Positions 1-15,236 of a stretch of 64,000 nt of DNA are shown here, in pieces; position 1 is the stretch's first letter, and each line of letters starts with the position of its first letter. This DNA is from Cercozoa sp. M6MM (Eukaryota > Protista > Endomyxa: Ascetosporea). The DNA is taken from the NCBI GenBank assembly GCA_040357565.1, contig JBDODJ010000001.1. The stretch is one strand, 5' to 3'. The translations under genes and the position numbers were made by a program. A model generated the notes under the pieces. It saw only the letters and a list, made by a program, of their open reading frames with translations. It had not been told where the DNA came from and did not search any database.

Positions 1-454
1 TCAAAAAAGCAAAGAGGAGGTAGGCCTTAATACCTGGTGCAGACGGCCGGCTGGCGAGAACACCGTCACGTCCGTGTCATACTGGTTTCGGTTCATTGTG
101 CGAGTGAGCTAGAGCACCAAACACACACCCAGAAAATATCAATCGAACGGAATCGAATCAATCCAAGAATTTGCACAGATTGGCCTTGCAAACTAGCAAA
201 AAGCACACTGCAAAATATGGCACCTGACACTTGTTCTAGTACTCAGTGTACTGCTCTGCGCTCTTGCCGGTCAGTCTCACTGTCTGGGAGGTCGCTGGAC
301 GCCCCCGTAATTGTTACTGAGTCGGAGTTGGGCATGCCGAGCCAGACAGACTTTCTGTGCTTGCGTGCTGCGGAGAGCACTGAAACGGCGTGGGCGTGTG
401 TTTCTACTGTTTTGTTTTGCTACTGAGGTCTAAAACCAGGTTTAGCGTGAGATC

Positions 455-1358
455 ATGACGCGCGGGCGTGGTGGCGGCCGAGGTCGAGGAGGAAGAGGCC
501 GGGGCAGAGGACGCAGTCGAGGAAGAGGTCGAGGCGGAGGCCGAGGAGGCCGTGGCGGTCGAGGCAACCGCGAAATGGAACAACTCTTGGGTAGGTTCAG
601 GTTTAAATCAAGATGTGAATTGTCTGATCGCTCATGTGTAGCCAACTACCAACTGCCGAACTTTGAGGAGCCGGGTGCCATCGAGCAGTGGGTCGCCGAG
701 CGCAGGAAGCGTTTCCCAACACTCGAGCGAATCAAGCAGCGCAAGCGCGAGGCGGCGGCGCTGTCGGCCGAGCGCAAGCAGATGGCGGCCGAGCACCGCG
801 AGCGCCTGCGCGAGCACAAGCGCGAGGCAGCTCCGTACCCACTCAATACATACGACATACATACATAATACATATGTTTTCGCACCGCCCCCTTGATGAG
901 ATGTGTTTAGTAAGCCAAAGCGACGTCGCGTGGGCACGCGACTAGAGGCGATCGAGCCGCGGCCGCCCAAGCTGCTGCACACGCTGCTGCAGCAGGAGCG
1001 CGAGCGCGAGTGTGCGCTGATCCTGCAGGCGCTGCGGCACGTGGCCGAGCGGCACGGCCTGCTGCGCATCGACGTCGAGGCGCACGAGCGCCGCGTGGCC
1101 GCCGAAGAGGCCCGCAAGGCGCGCCTGCAGCCCAAGCCGGCCGATGCACCTGCTGTGTCGGCCCTTGCCTTCACTGCCAGCAATGCCAACACTGCTAGCA
1201 GGAACAGTTCGGATACACCGACGGTGGCAAGTGGACCGCACAAGGACGACGACGACAGGCCGCCCAGCGAGCTCAGTTCGCGGCCACTCGTTGAGTATTC
1301 GGACTCCGACTCCGACTCTGACTCCGACTTAGAGCCGGAGTCCAGCGGCAAAAATTAA
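455..1358 (+). CDS. NUFIP1: NUFIP1/Rsa1-like box C/D snoRNP assembly factor with N-terminal RGG tract (3 exons)
   Basis: GT-AG introns 591-641 and 835-910 give a continuous frame. Motifs IEQWVAERRKRFPT (NUFIP1 PEP domain) and LLHTLLQQERERECALILQALRHV (C-terminal conserved helix). Confidence 0.75.
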
Positions 1359-1656
1359 AAGCTACAATTTGTACTGTAAGCTAGCAACGTAAAGTACCGT
1401 GCGATCGATGATGACACCCCCCCCCACCCCAACTGGAGCAGGGGAACTACTTACGAACTGCCATGCGTTCGCACACTGTGCGGCATGCTTGCGAATTAAA
1501 AGAGTTGTATGCGGTAACTAATGAACAAGTTCAGGTACACTCAGACCGTCTTCGCGTTCAGAGAAGCGTGTGTCAGCAATTTTCTCTCCGTGCTTGAAGA
1601 AGTACACGTAGTACAGTCGCGATCGGTTTAATTAAGTCAGCACAGGCGAGTTAGAC

Positions 1657-4522
1657 TCAGGTGTAGGTGCTTTCAACGCCGGCAGGCAGCGGGAAGGTTT
1701 CATCGGCCCACTTTTTGACGGCACAGGGGTCAACATTGCTTTGGATGCCGTGCTGCCGAGAAAAACAAGGGGTAAAGGAAGGGCTAGTACAACAGGGGGG
1801 GGGAGGGAAGTCAAGGATACGAGAACGAAGAGGAAGCGGCAGATCACGAGTTCCTCGTCCGTGACGACGTAGCAGAAATCGTTGCGTGTTACCCAGCTGC
1901 GTCACATGGTACAGGTTTTGCCCCCTCCTTTTACCCCCTTTACCCCTTTGCCCCCAGTAACACACCTCGTTTTGTCGTCAACGATCTGACACAGAGCGAT
2001 CAATGCGTAGCTTTCGCCAAAGGAACTACGGCCCAGACAGACGGTCCAAATAGATGGGACAGTGTACAGTCCAGGTGTACAGTCCAGCTGTACAATCTAG
2101 GTGTACGGTACAAAGTGACCACACAGTACCTGTTGGTCCAGTAGGGTGTGGCTGCATTGTAGGCAGCGTCGCTATTGTTGCCTTGACGACGATTTAACAC
2201 AGGCATCTGACCTCCTGCGCCCGAGTAGCCGACGCCTATACCCCAAAACGCGTCCGCGCGGATACCAACAAGAATACGAAAAAACACGCAGAGTGTGCTA
2301 CTGATCCCAAAGCCCGACAGCGGCGCAAAATAAATTCCCGCGCCGTGCGCTGCGCCGTTTTGCATGTACTTCTGCACACGGGGGGGGGGGGGGGAAAAAT
2401 GGGTAAGGGAGGTAGGGAATAAAAGGGGGTGAACGCACCGTGTTGCTGAAATTCTTCAAACCGACTCGCAGAATGTTATGCCAGTTCTGTGAACGGGAGG
2501 GGGTAAAAGGCTAGAAGGGTAAGGGGTAAGGGGGGGGGGGGTAAAACCGGCAGCGACGAGCCGTGCCACGCGTAGGCGACTTTTTTGTGTCGATGCGCCA
2601 ACTCGAGCCAGCGTGCCTCGCGCTCCTGTAGCCACCGGGTCCATATGTACAGTCCATTAGTCCGCATAGTACAGTCCATCAATCCATATAGTACACATGT
2701 ACAGACAGGTGGTCCATATGAACAGACAAAGGATGATGGTACAGGTGAGGACATTTGGAACACGAACTGATTTCTACTCGGCACTGCCTGGCAGATCTGT
2801 GGCGGGGGTATGGAGGTAAATGGGGTTAAAGGGGTAAGGGGTAAAGCCTACCTGTGGAGCCTCCAGTCTCCGCAAGAACGCACGATTCGTCGCACATAGC
2901 CACCTAGAAAGAAAAAGGGTAAACGAAAGTAAAAGGGGAAAGGGAGTAAGGAGGCAAGAGGGGTAAAGGAGGTAAGTAGAGGGAAGAGGGGGTGGCAGGG
3001 GGCAGAGGGGTAGGTAAGGGGTAGAGGGGGTCAGTTAGGGGACAAAGAGGGAGGTACCGTAGCAACGGCTCGCACAGCGGGTCAATTTCGCGCAGGAAAT
3101 GTTTCAGTTTGTCCTTCTCGCTCGGATCGTCGTCGCTGCGACGCTTCATCGCGTTTCTGTTCTCCGGATAGTAAGGGGGTAGGGTAAGAGGGGTAAAAGG
3201 GGGCGGGGATGGGTAGAGGGGGTGAGATGGGGTAAAGGGGTAAGAGGGGAGGGGGCAAAGGGAGGGGGAAAGAGGGGATAAAGCTACCGTATGGCCTCCA
3301 CCGGCGGCAGTTTCTCCAAACACATCTCCAGTCGAAGTACCTGCACGCGGTCACTTATAGGTGGTCACTCATAGTTGGTCACTCAGAGGTGGTCATATGG
3401 TCACTCAGGTGGTCACATGGTCACTCAGCGAGTGGTCATACGTCCATGGGTCGCTGCTGTCGGTTCTTGGCGCCGCGCGCCTCGCCGCGCAGAAAGTCGA
3501 CGACGTCGCCGCCGTTTCGCGTCACGTGCACGCACGCACTTGGGAAGTACCTGCGCAGTAATCCACGTGCTAGTCACCCACGTGCCAGTCACCCACGTGC
3601 TCACCCAGTCAGTCACCCCAGTCAGTCACCCCCGTGCTCGCCCAGTCATTCAGTCAGGCAAAACTGTACATTTCGAGTCGCGATCTGTTGAAGCACGCCG
3701 CGCGCACGCACTACATTTGCTAGCACTTATACCCCCTTACCCTCCTGTTGAGTCTACTCTGTTCGCCCACTTCCCACTTGCCCCCTACCCCTACACCCTA
3801 CTCCATACCGTAATAAGCAGGTCAAGCACGACGGGCCGGTCGCGCACCTCGCTGCACAGGTCCAGGCCCTGGCCGAACGCGTTGTCTACACGGGAATAAA
3901 GAGTACAGTTCTAGGTGGTAAAAAGAGGGTGGGGGGGGGGGGGGGGTAAAGAGGGAAAGTGGGAGGGAGTAAAACTGTAGCAGTATACACTTCGTGAAGC
4001 AATTTTCGTCGTCGCAAATCGTTGGTTTCAATGACGAAATCGACTGCACCAATAAAGATAAATTAAGGGAGTGAATAATATTAAGGGGGTGTTTGTATTA
4101 ATGAAGGAAGTCGTGTGTACCAGTCGCTTGCCGCACACGATGCAGTGCGAACCTGTAACAGAGGCAGTTTACCCCCCCCCCTTTATACTTGTGAAGGGTT
4201 CCTACCAGCGTGCGTGAGCGTGTGCCGCACCCGTTCGCACAGGAGGTACAGCGGGTTGTACTCGCGCAGGTAGGCGTCCACCTGAACATTTTGATAAAAG
4301 GGATGACTGTTAATTAAGGATGTGGTAATTAAGACTGCGTGCGTTGCTACCTCGGCCGGAAACAGCGGCTCATTGATCACTGAGGACTCTGCAAACAAAA
4401 AGTGTGGGTTAATCAAAGGGGTGCAGTGAGGTTAATTAAAGATGCATAGAGATTTGTTATAGGGGAGCAGTAGAGTTTGTTAAAGGGGCGTATAGCAATG
4501 GCTAAGATGCAGTACGTCGCGT
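1657..4522 (-). CDS. PARP6/PARP8-type mono-ADP-ribosyltransferase, multi-exon, 5' end lost in gap
   Basis: Spliced motifs HCIVCGKRL..LKPTICDDENC (Zn-binding), IDPLCEPLLRWLCATNR, AWHGSSLPNWHNILRVGLKNFSNT, NGAAHGAGIYFAP, SVGYS, LIALCQIV, FCYVVTDEELVICRFLFV. TGA at 1657-1659. Confidence 0.85.
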
Positions 4523-4622
4523 NNNNNNNNNNNNNNNNNNNNNNNNNNNNNNNNNNNNNNNNNNNNNNNNNNNNNNNNNNNNNNNNNNNNNNNNNNNNNN
4601 NNNNNNNNNNNNNNNNNNNNNN
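4523..4622. other. Scaffold gap (100 N); others at 17989-18088, 29854-29953, 37619-37718, 45721-45730, 47035-47134, 53057-53156
   Basis: N runs, all next to simple repeats. The gaps at 4523 and 29854 probably hide more than 100 bp, because the gene ends on both sides are missing. Confidence 0.98.
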
Positions 4623-4655
<33 letters not shown>

Positions 4656-4699
4656 ACACGCACACACTCTCCCCCTCCCCCCCCCCCCCCCCCCCCGGT

Positions 4700-5665
4700 A
4701 GACGGCACATGATGCGCAAGCACGACTGGAGCAAAGGCAAGGTGTTCGAGCCCAAAGTTGACCCTGCCAAGGAGGAGTACGAGAAGGTGCGTCAGTCGGC
4801 GCCGCCGCCGCCGATCCCCGAGTTCGCGCCGCCGTCTGTGCCGGGCGTCTTCATGAGTATACCCCCTCGCCCCCACCTCTGTCTTGTTTACCCCTCCCCC
4901 CGTAGGCATGCCGAGCGTGGGCACGCCGCAGCAGCCACAGGCTCCGCCGGGAGCCTCGCCGTCGGCGTCGATGTCGGTGGCGATGCCGTCGCTCGCGGTG
5001 CCGTCGCTGCCGGTGCCGCCGCAGCAGCCGCCTGTGTCTGGTGCGTCCGATGCAGCGACTGGAGGTGCCGAGGGTGCCAAGCAACTTGTGTGTCCCATGC
5101 ACGGATGTCAGTTCCGCTGGCGACTCGTGCACGAGATCAAGAAGCACATTGAGACTGTGCACAGTGGCGATATGCACTTTGACTGCACTGTACCCACTCC
5201 CTGCCCTCTCTGTCTACCCTACCCTACCTATCCTCTGTCTACCCTACCCTACCCTACCTATCCTCTGTTTACCCTACCCTACCCCACCGTATTGACAGGA
5301 CGTGTCTGACGCGCCGTTCGGTCAGAACGAAAGCCAGAGTGGCCTCATAATGCCGCCGGTGGCCTCGCCGATGCCGCCCATGGCTGGTGGATTTGCACAC
5401 CCGCAGCACCAGCAACAGCACCCTCGACAACAACATCAGCACATTCAGCAACAACAACAACAGCAGTCAGCAACGTCGTCTCAACTCGGCAGCAGTAGCA
5501 CGTCGTCGCAGCCGCAGCTGCCCATGATGATGATGCCGTCCTCGTCGAACTCCAACTCGGTAGCTTCCCACCTTCCTCCCACTGCCTCACACTCTGATCT
5601 ATGGTATCTGTACCGGTTTGCAGGAACAGTCTCGGTCAGCTACGCCGTCGTCCTCTGGCTCCTGA
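4700..5665 (+). CDS. C2H2 zinc-finger protein with Pro/Gln-rich low-complexity regions, 5' end lost in gap
   Basis: CPMHGCQFRWRLVHEIKKHIETVH finger. The end of a preceding finger (RHMMRKH) follows the gap. Splices to EQSRSATPSSSGS* (TGA 5663-5665). Confidence 0.65.
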
Positions 5666-5904
5666 CGTTCAGTTCGTTTTGGCTCCTACTCGACTAGCGA
5701 CGTGTTTAGTTGCGTTGATGCCTTTTTGAGTCGTTTCCGTTCGGTCTATGTCTGTCTAGTTCCTCCCGCTCGGTCCTGCGCTGTTTGATTGCACGGACAG
5801 AAATGCACTGCAAACGAAACTTAAACGGTTAATGGACATGCGAAGTCATGCACGGGAAACGTATGCTATAGCTAACAGCTGAGAACCAATAGGAATAGAA
5901 ACCG

Positions 5905-8900
5905 TCACTCGGGCACTGACTGGCTCGCGTGGGTAGCATCAGAGGTCTCGTTGTCGTCCGACGGCACGGCAGGCTCGTCGACAGCGACGCCGTGGCGGCG
6001 CATCAGGCGCGCGCGTAGCTCGTGATCGGCGAGTTCAAAGTGCTCGTCCACGAAGCGACGACGCTCGTCCTCCTGCTCTTTGGGGTTTGGTTTGGCTAAA
6101 CACAGACACAGACACAGAAATTAAGGAGGCATTGCTTTAGTCAGGCAGGCATAAGTACACTCCCATCGCTTCTCAATGGCAAAGTCCATCCACGGCACTT
6201 GTTCGGCTACACAAGGGACAGCATATCAACAGGGTGGCGTATAGGGCAAAAACCAACCATCCAGCTGCTCGAGCGAGTCTGTCTGCGAGAGCAACAGCAG
6301 ACCGTGCACGACTGCGCCCACCGTTGACGTTGCTGCCAGTCGCTCGTCACTGGGGGGGGGGTAACACAAGTGATACAGAAAAGAAGAGAAGAATACGTCA
6401 GCGTGGACAAAACATTGCGAAGCTGAGCGTCGGTGGGAGGTGCATGCGGCACCGACTGGACGAAGTCGTAGATAGCATTGTTCGTGTCACCCTGTAAAGT
6501 ACCATTCATACTCTGATATACAAATATATATATATATATATATATCACCCTACAGCAACCATACCTCAATGTACTGCTTGAGCAGGTCAATGTTCTGTTC
6601 AAGTTGTTCCACACGCTGCAGCAGCAGCGACTTGACGGCATGCAGTGCCTGTGTTACGTCCTCCTTGTCGTCCTCACCCTCTAAATACACCCTTTCTACT
6701 CTTTTCTCCTCCTCTTAACCCCTACCCCCTAAGGTACCTCGCAGATGAACAAAGAAGTGCGCCAGCAGAGTTCGCAGCGCGTCGTTGTCCAGCATGCCAC
6801 CACCCCACACTCGCACCTACGTGTACAGTGTTACCCTTACCACTTTACCCCCCCCCCCCCCCGAGTGCAAAAGGTACAGATCGCAGCGAGATTCGCCGAG
6901 GTGCAAAGTCCTATCACACAGTAGTATATACACGTGCACGTGTCAAAGCGAGTACAAACTCAAAGTAGCACCGTCGGATCGGTGGTATCAAGCACGGCAG
7001 CCACACGTGGCTCACCGGCACGACCAAGTCGCAGACGGTCCAGGAAGGCCACAGCTTGCGGCGTCAGCTCCGGCACCTCCAGTTCCGTCTCCAACTCGTG
7101 CTCCGTGCTCGTGGCGTCTGGGGTAAACAGAGGTAAACAGGGGGGTGAAGAGGGGGTGAAAATAGGGCCAAGAGGGTCAAGAGAGTCAAGGGGGATGAAC
7201 GGGGGGGGGACAGGGGGGTAAACCAGCGGCCTGTGCGTCGGCAAAGCCGTAGAAGAAGAGACGATGCAGGTTGCTGTCGCTGCCGTAGTCAAAGCAGAGT
7301 TCCTCCGACGGCGCAACTTCACGTGTCGTTCGCACTTCGACGCCGTCGTCCACAACGACGATGGCGCAGTTGCAGGCCTCGTTCCTGCGCTTACCCACAT
7401 CGATCTACCCCCCCCCCCCAATAAACTAGGTTACTGAGCGTGGTTGAGCATGTCGACGAGCGGCAGAATCATGGCGTCGAATCCCTGTCACACATAAGAC
7501 AGAGCCTTAGACTAGTTCAATCTCTTTGAGTACCACATGCGCGTCATCGTCACTGCGACTGGGCACGCGCACGTTGAGCGAACGCGTCCAGAAGAGCGCC
7601 ACAAAGTGCAGAAAGTCGCCGAGTGTCGGCATGGCAATGTGGCGGCCTCTCTTCTCGTTCAACTCGGCGATCGACTCGCGCAACTGCAGGTACGCCAGGC
7701 GCAGCACCAGGTCGTTCATACCAGCCTACGGAGAGTGAACGTAGGGAGAGGAGTAACATGGGGATAGGGGTAAAACCTTGTTCCACAAAGCCGAGCCTCG
7801 CAGAATCGCGCCACGTCGAGCGCCGTTCCAGAACAACGGCAGGTCTCTACAGATAGGGGTAAAAGCGGTAAAAACTAGGTCGAGGCGAGGTAAGGGTAAG
7901 GGGTAAAGGTAAAGGTAAGGGGTAAATGGAAGGGGTAAGGGCAAATGGAAAGGGGCAAATGTGGTAAATGGTAGGGAGTAAAGGTGGTAAATGGTAAGGG
8001 GTAAAGGGGGTAAATGGTAAGGGGTAAAGGGGGAAGGGATAAACCGGTAGTGCGGCGGCGTCATGGAAAAGTAGGCGCGCCATTGCGTGCGAATCGCCTT
8101 CCGCAAGCTCGCTTTCTGTGTCGCACCGAGCGAGGTATAAAATCGGGTATTTTGGAACTGGCTACAATAGGGGGAGGGGCTCACCCTGTCATCGTCGCCG
8201 TCGGCGTCGTCGTGCAACGTTTGCCAGAACCAAGCGGCCACCGCCACCTGTGCGCAGACGTCAGGGGTAAAACTAAGGGGTAAGAAGGGGTTAAAAAACA
8301 TAAAGAGGTAAAACTGACAGGCGCGAACTCGTTGCTCTCGTCAATGGTCATGTCCTCGTGCTGCAGACCCGTCACCTTGGCCATGCGACGCAGCTGAAGC
8401 AGGGGGAGGGGTAAAGGGATCAAGAATAAATGGGGGAAGGGAAAGCGTAAAGGTGTAAATGAGGATAAGGGGTCAAGGGGTAAGGCCTACAGTCTGCATG
8501 GCGAGTTCCGACTGTTCCATCGCATGCGCCTGCGTTACGAAGGACTCGTCGGACAGCTTGACCACCTGCATACATACAACTAACTTCTAACCCCCTTACC
8601 CCTGGCTATTATAGAAACCCACCAAAGAATCCTTGGGCAGTGTCTCCGTGGCCACAACTCCACGGCCGCGCACTTCGTCAATGTCGCACACTTTGACCTT
8701 GTCATGCAACTCGCCGCCTGCACACTGCCATATCGCAGAATCACAGAATTAGCTATTTACAAGTTACCGCGCTCTTTCACAACCTGCACCGTTGCCTTCA
8801 GTGCACTATCAAAGTCGAACAGTGGTGTGCCGGCCACCTGACTACAAACATGTGCCACAAGCAATGCAAGTCACACTGCGCGCACGAGAAACTAAACAAA

Positions 8901-8954
8901 AACACACGCGATCAGGCGCCGGCCTAGCAATGTGCGCACACCAACACGCAACAT
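5905..8954 (-). CDS. SET-domain lysine/histidine methyltransferase (Rubisco-LSMT/SETD3-like), many exons
   Basis: Motifs RGRGVVATETL, FWTRSL, MILPLVDMLNHA and EELCFDYG..SNLHRLFFYGF. Start inferred from MLRVGVRTLLGRRLIA at 8954. Confidence 0.8.
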
Positions 8955-9129
8955 GCCCACACTGCTCTGATGGCGATCGCGCTTCAAAATGCAGTACTGA
9001 GTTGTTTTGTGATTGTTTTTATTTGTCGAACTTTTGCATCATGTAAAACACGATCCCCGCGGAAAGGGATATTATACTACAATTCAGTGACCAAACGAAT
9101 CTGTACGCCTTCGCATCCTGAAGTATAGA

Positions 9130-11050
<1,921 letters not shown>

Positions 11051-11412
11051 CTATTTTATTTACAATCGCACTCGCGGTCACAACATGTTGTTGTTACGGT
11101 GATGTTGCATGAGAAACTCCATGGAAGTTCAGTTGTAAAACGGTGCTCAAGCGCAACTCTGTGACGTTTGAGAAGCGGGCAGTCGTTGCTCACCAAAAAC
11201 AAAGCGATTGCAGTGACAACAGTCACTTCATTCACCCGATCGGGTAGGCTGTTGTGCTGATCGACGCGACCGTATCACCAGCTTGGATCAGAGCCGAGCC
11301 GAAAGGTTGTGTAATAATTTTCCTGTCAGGAAGCACTAGACACGCGGGTTGTACACTGCACCGGACGTTAGAAAGACTATCTGTGCTTCAGATATAGTCA
11401 GAGACTCGTTTC

Positions 11413-13563
11413 ATGTCGGCCTACCCTTGGGGGTACGTGAGTCTTTTGGTGGGAATTGTGCCCTCAGTATGTTGGTTTTGATACGCCCCACAGGCCTCGG
11501 CTGCCGTCTTCACGGCACAATAGCGAAGCCATGATGGACGGTAGGCATTCGTATACTCTGTGCGCTGCGATTAGGCCACGCAAATGTGTAGGAGTTGGTT
11601 CTTGTGCAGGTGAAGAGAGAAGTCGCCTCGACAGTCTCGCCGGGCCGCATGCCATGTCGCGCTCGCGTTTCTCATCGTACCTCTTTCTTCACTTTCTTTG
11701 CTCATTGTGTGTGCTCGTGTATTGTTTTTGTATGTACCTGTTTGTTTGTTGGCAGAGTTGAGAGTTCATATTACGACGATTATGAAATGACACGTCGCTA
11801 CTCTTCGTACTGTCTCTGTGTCTGTGTGTGTGTCTGAAGAAATAACCAAACCTTTTGCAGAATGGACAGCAGCAACATCCACTCTCGAATGATGCTCTCT
11901 GTGCAACCATACGTAATAAGACAGTCAACTATGTTTGGGTGTTGTTGTGTATATGAATGTCTGCAGGCACGACAAGAAGACGACGATGACAACGACGGTT
12001 TGTTGGACCGCCAAATGATGCGAATGCGCGGCTCCAGTTTGGGTACACTCTTTGTTGTTACCATTAGTCTTGTATCTATAAAGTGCACATACAGGCTACA
12101 GCATGGGCAACAGTATGGACCTTGATTTGGGTGCATATGCCGGCGGTATCAGCCTTCACGTGTCGGCACCTCAAGGTACCCTTTGTTCATGTGCGCGTGT
12201 ATCATCGACACTCATGTCTTGGGTAGTCGCAGCCCCAATGGGTCCGCCGGGACACTCGCAGAGCGGACAGAACAACGCGAGCGACCGCGTTGGCAGCTTG
12301 CTTTCCGGCGGCTTGTCGCGCTGGAAACCGCATCAGTACAACGAAGATTTTCTGTGCTTTCTTTCTTTCTCTTTTTACTGTGTGAGCTTGTCTACAGACG
12401 CCGCGTCAGAGCGTCGCCTACTATGACTTGTATCGATCCCTGTCCGCGCGTATATGTTACAATGATACGTGTCTGTGCAGACACGGGTGGCTCGCACCCG
12501 ATGCAGCAGAGCATTGTGCCAAGTGCACCTCTCAGTATCGTTGGCAGCAACCCCGAGACCGCCAGTTCGACCCGTCAAAGTAGCAGCAACAACAACAACA
12601 ACAGCACACACCAGCCGAGTGTGCCACCAGCGATCTCGCAGTTCCACGTGCGTGCACAAGCACAGGCAGCTGCGCCAAATGCACCACAGCAGTCGGCGCA
12701 GTTCATGCGACCCAACGCTACTGTGCTGATGCCTGACTACCTCCTGCAGCCCGTGTCTGTGTCCACCCTTGGCGGCAAGAGCATTAGCAACAGCAACAAC
12801 AGTAATGTCTCGCTCATGTCCATGTATCAGCAACGCATGCACGCGAGGCATCAGCATCTGCCGCAGCAGCCGCAGGAACCGCCGCAACAACGTCACCAGC
12901 AACAGTCACTTCAGTCCAGTCAGCATCTACAAGCACACCAACAACAGCAACAGAAGCAACAGCAGCAACAACAACAGGTTCTACAGAACACTGCGAAACG
13001 ACACTTCAAGTCCTTCGCCGACGTGCCACAACGCTTGCGTTCGAATGCTACGATTGGTAGCAACGTTCCCTTTTTCACGCAAATCAAAAACTGAACAACT
13101 GTACACTGACTTTTTTGACACAGTCAACTTGCCTGCTGGCGCGAATGCACCAAGGTGGTTACAGTCTCGTGCTTCGGCCTGTCACCGGTACCCTCCCTTC
13201 CTTTCTTTCATACTCAGGTAGTCTTTGTTGACTTTGCTGTGCTTAAAGATGCAAATTGGCGCGTCCGCTGCTCAAGCTCGCTTTCTGTGCGGGTGCGCAC
13301 AAGCCTGGTGCCCGCATTTGCCGCAAGAAGTTCTGCCACACCTGGTACACCACCTGCATTCCACTACCTGAGTTAACCTCATTGTGGTGTGCAGTCTAAC
13401 ACAGTATGGCGGTGTCCCGAGGACGCACGATTGGCTGTGCCCGGCGTATGCTCTTTTCCGATCTCTTTTTTCGTGTGTCTTTATCGTTTGTGTTTTCTAT
13501 AGCTGTCTGGGCCAGTGCAACTGCGCCAATTGCAGTCGCCGCAAGAACAACGCTTCCAATTGA
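11413..13563 (+). CDS. Gln/Ser-rich protein with C-terminal zf-4CXXC_R1 (CDCA7/R1-type) zinc finger
   Basis: Final exons splice to SACHRCKLARPLLKLAFCAGAHKPGARICRKKFCHTCLTQYGGVPRTHDWLCPACLGQCNCANCSRRK..* (TGA 13561-13563). Start is approximate. Confidence 0.75.
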
Positions 13564-13849
13564 GCCGAGTTAAACGAGAAAAATGTGCACACCTGACATG
13601 TCCCAGCACCGCTCAGTCTCTGTAAATTTCCCGAGTCGTCCATCGCACGGCATCGCATCCGATCGATCAACACAACTTAAGACCTGTTGCGTTGGCTAAC
13701 TAAATTATTTTCATTTATTAACTGACCTACCGTACGCTAGTGACCGTTGTATCTCGAGCTCAACGCCGGGCTTTCTTCCGTTAGCCAGTTCAACCGAACT
13801 TGAACCAACTGAACTAAACGAAGCTTGGGCAATTCATCAGTGGGCTGAT

Positions 13850-14938
13850 TCAAAGTGTCATGAAGGGTCCCGCCGGCCGAAAGAACCACTTCCGAAAGCG
13901 AAAGCCGATGCGGCGTACTGCGAACGAAAAGAAACGAAAACGTGCAGATAAAAAACTGAAATCGTATTGTGTCGAAGCATCCTCATACACTGGCACGGAC
14001 ATCCTCAGCTTGCACGCGACGCTGTGCCGCCGCCGAGGCAGTTTTCGACACAGCTAGTGCCTAAGTATGAGAATGAAATAACATATACTGAATTGTGCAC
14101 AAGAACAGGGTACGGCAGCATTCGACAAAAAGGAACGAATCAGCGACCAGTCGCCTGAGCCTTCCTTCGCACTCTGGGAAATAAACAACGATAGGAATAA
14201 ACCAACATACATACACAGCTACAAAAGCTACAGGTAAAGTACGACATAGGCCACTTCGCAGTGGATAGGCAGAGACAGAGGTATCCTCTCAGCCGATGAG
14301 GTGTCGCACTTGTTGGCCACGAGAAGGATGGGAGGCAAGTCAACGCCGCTGCTGTTTCTGGGAGCTGATCGACTCGGAGTAAAGTCCGGTCTGGCGCACA
14401 GTGATCCGCTACACAAGATAAACCGTTTCCAGAGCAGTTCTCTGGTGTCTTAAAAAGATGAAACAAACACACTGTTCTGCAAATGACAGCAGTCGCTGAA
14501 CTGTCTCGTTGAGGAAACGCTTGGTCCGAACTGCTGGACTGCCGCTGTCGAAAACGATCAGAATTACGTGCACGCCTGTCAGTAAGACTTCGCTGAAGAA
14601 TGAGCATTAAACATGCGCCAAGTTAATCAATGACACGCAATACAACATGGAAGCGTCGACGACTTCCAAGAATTCAATCACTGTGTCGCCTTCCTAAAGA
14701 AAATAAACAATCTACCCACTCGACATCATCCAAGGAGAAACGCACTCACAGTACCATCATGCAGTTCATTTCAAAGTATGGACTTGGCCGTGTGTCTGGT
14801 GTTTGACCCTGCCAAGAGTTTGAATCGATGGCCACAGAATGTACAGTATGTTCAAACCATGAGACGCTGCACAAGTGCGCTTTTGCCGACACCAGAGTCC
14901 CCCAAAACGGCAACTCGTATAGCTGTTTCTGTATTCAT
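13850..14938 (-). CDS. Divergent Ras-superfamily small GTPase (Rab-like)
   Basis: G1 RVAVLGDSGVGKS, G4 ILLVANKCD, G5 SAKE. A canonical DxxG G3 motif was not recognised. 3' end is approximate. Confidence 0.7.
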
Positions 14939-15236
14939 GGCATCAGCACACGTATACACTTCCTCAAAGTGCCCGATCGTGCTGATACACGTTGTGTAAC
15001 AACTTTGGCTCAAACAGATTCCATTTTGATTCATAAAATAAAGAGTGCTCGACGCACGTTCCGACCTGAACACTACACGTGTACGCATCTAGTCTGTTCC
15101 GCGGAACTTTGCGTAGTCTCATATTAAGTGCGAAAGAGCGAGAAAATCGAACAGGTACTCATGATTTTTGCAGTCCAAGCAGACGCTTGTGTTTTCTAAA
15201 ATTATTCCCTTGTGTTTCGTGTGCAGAGAAACTAAA

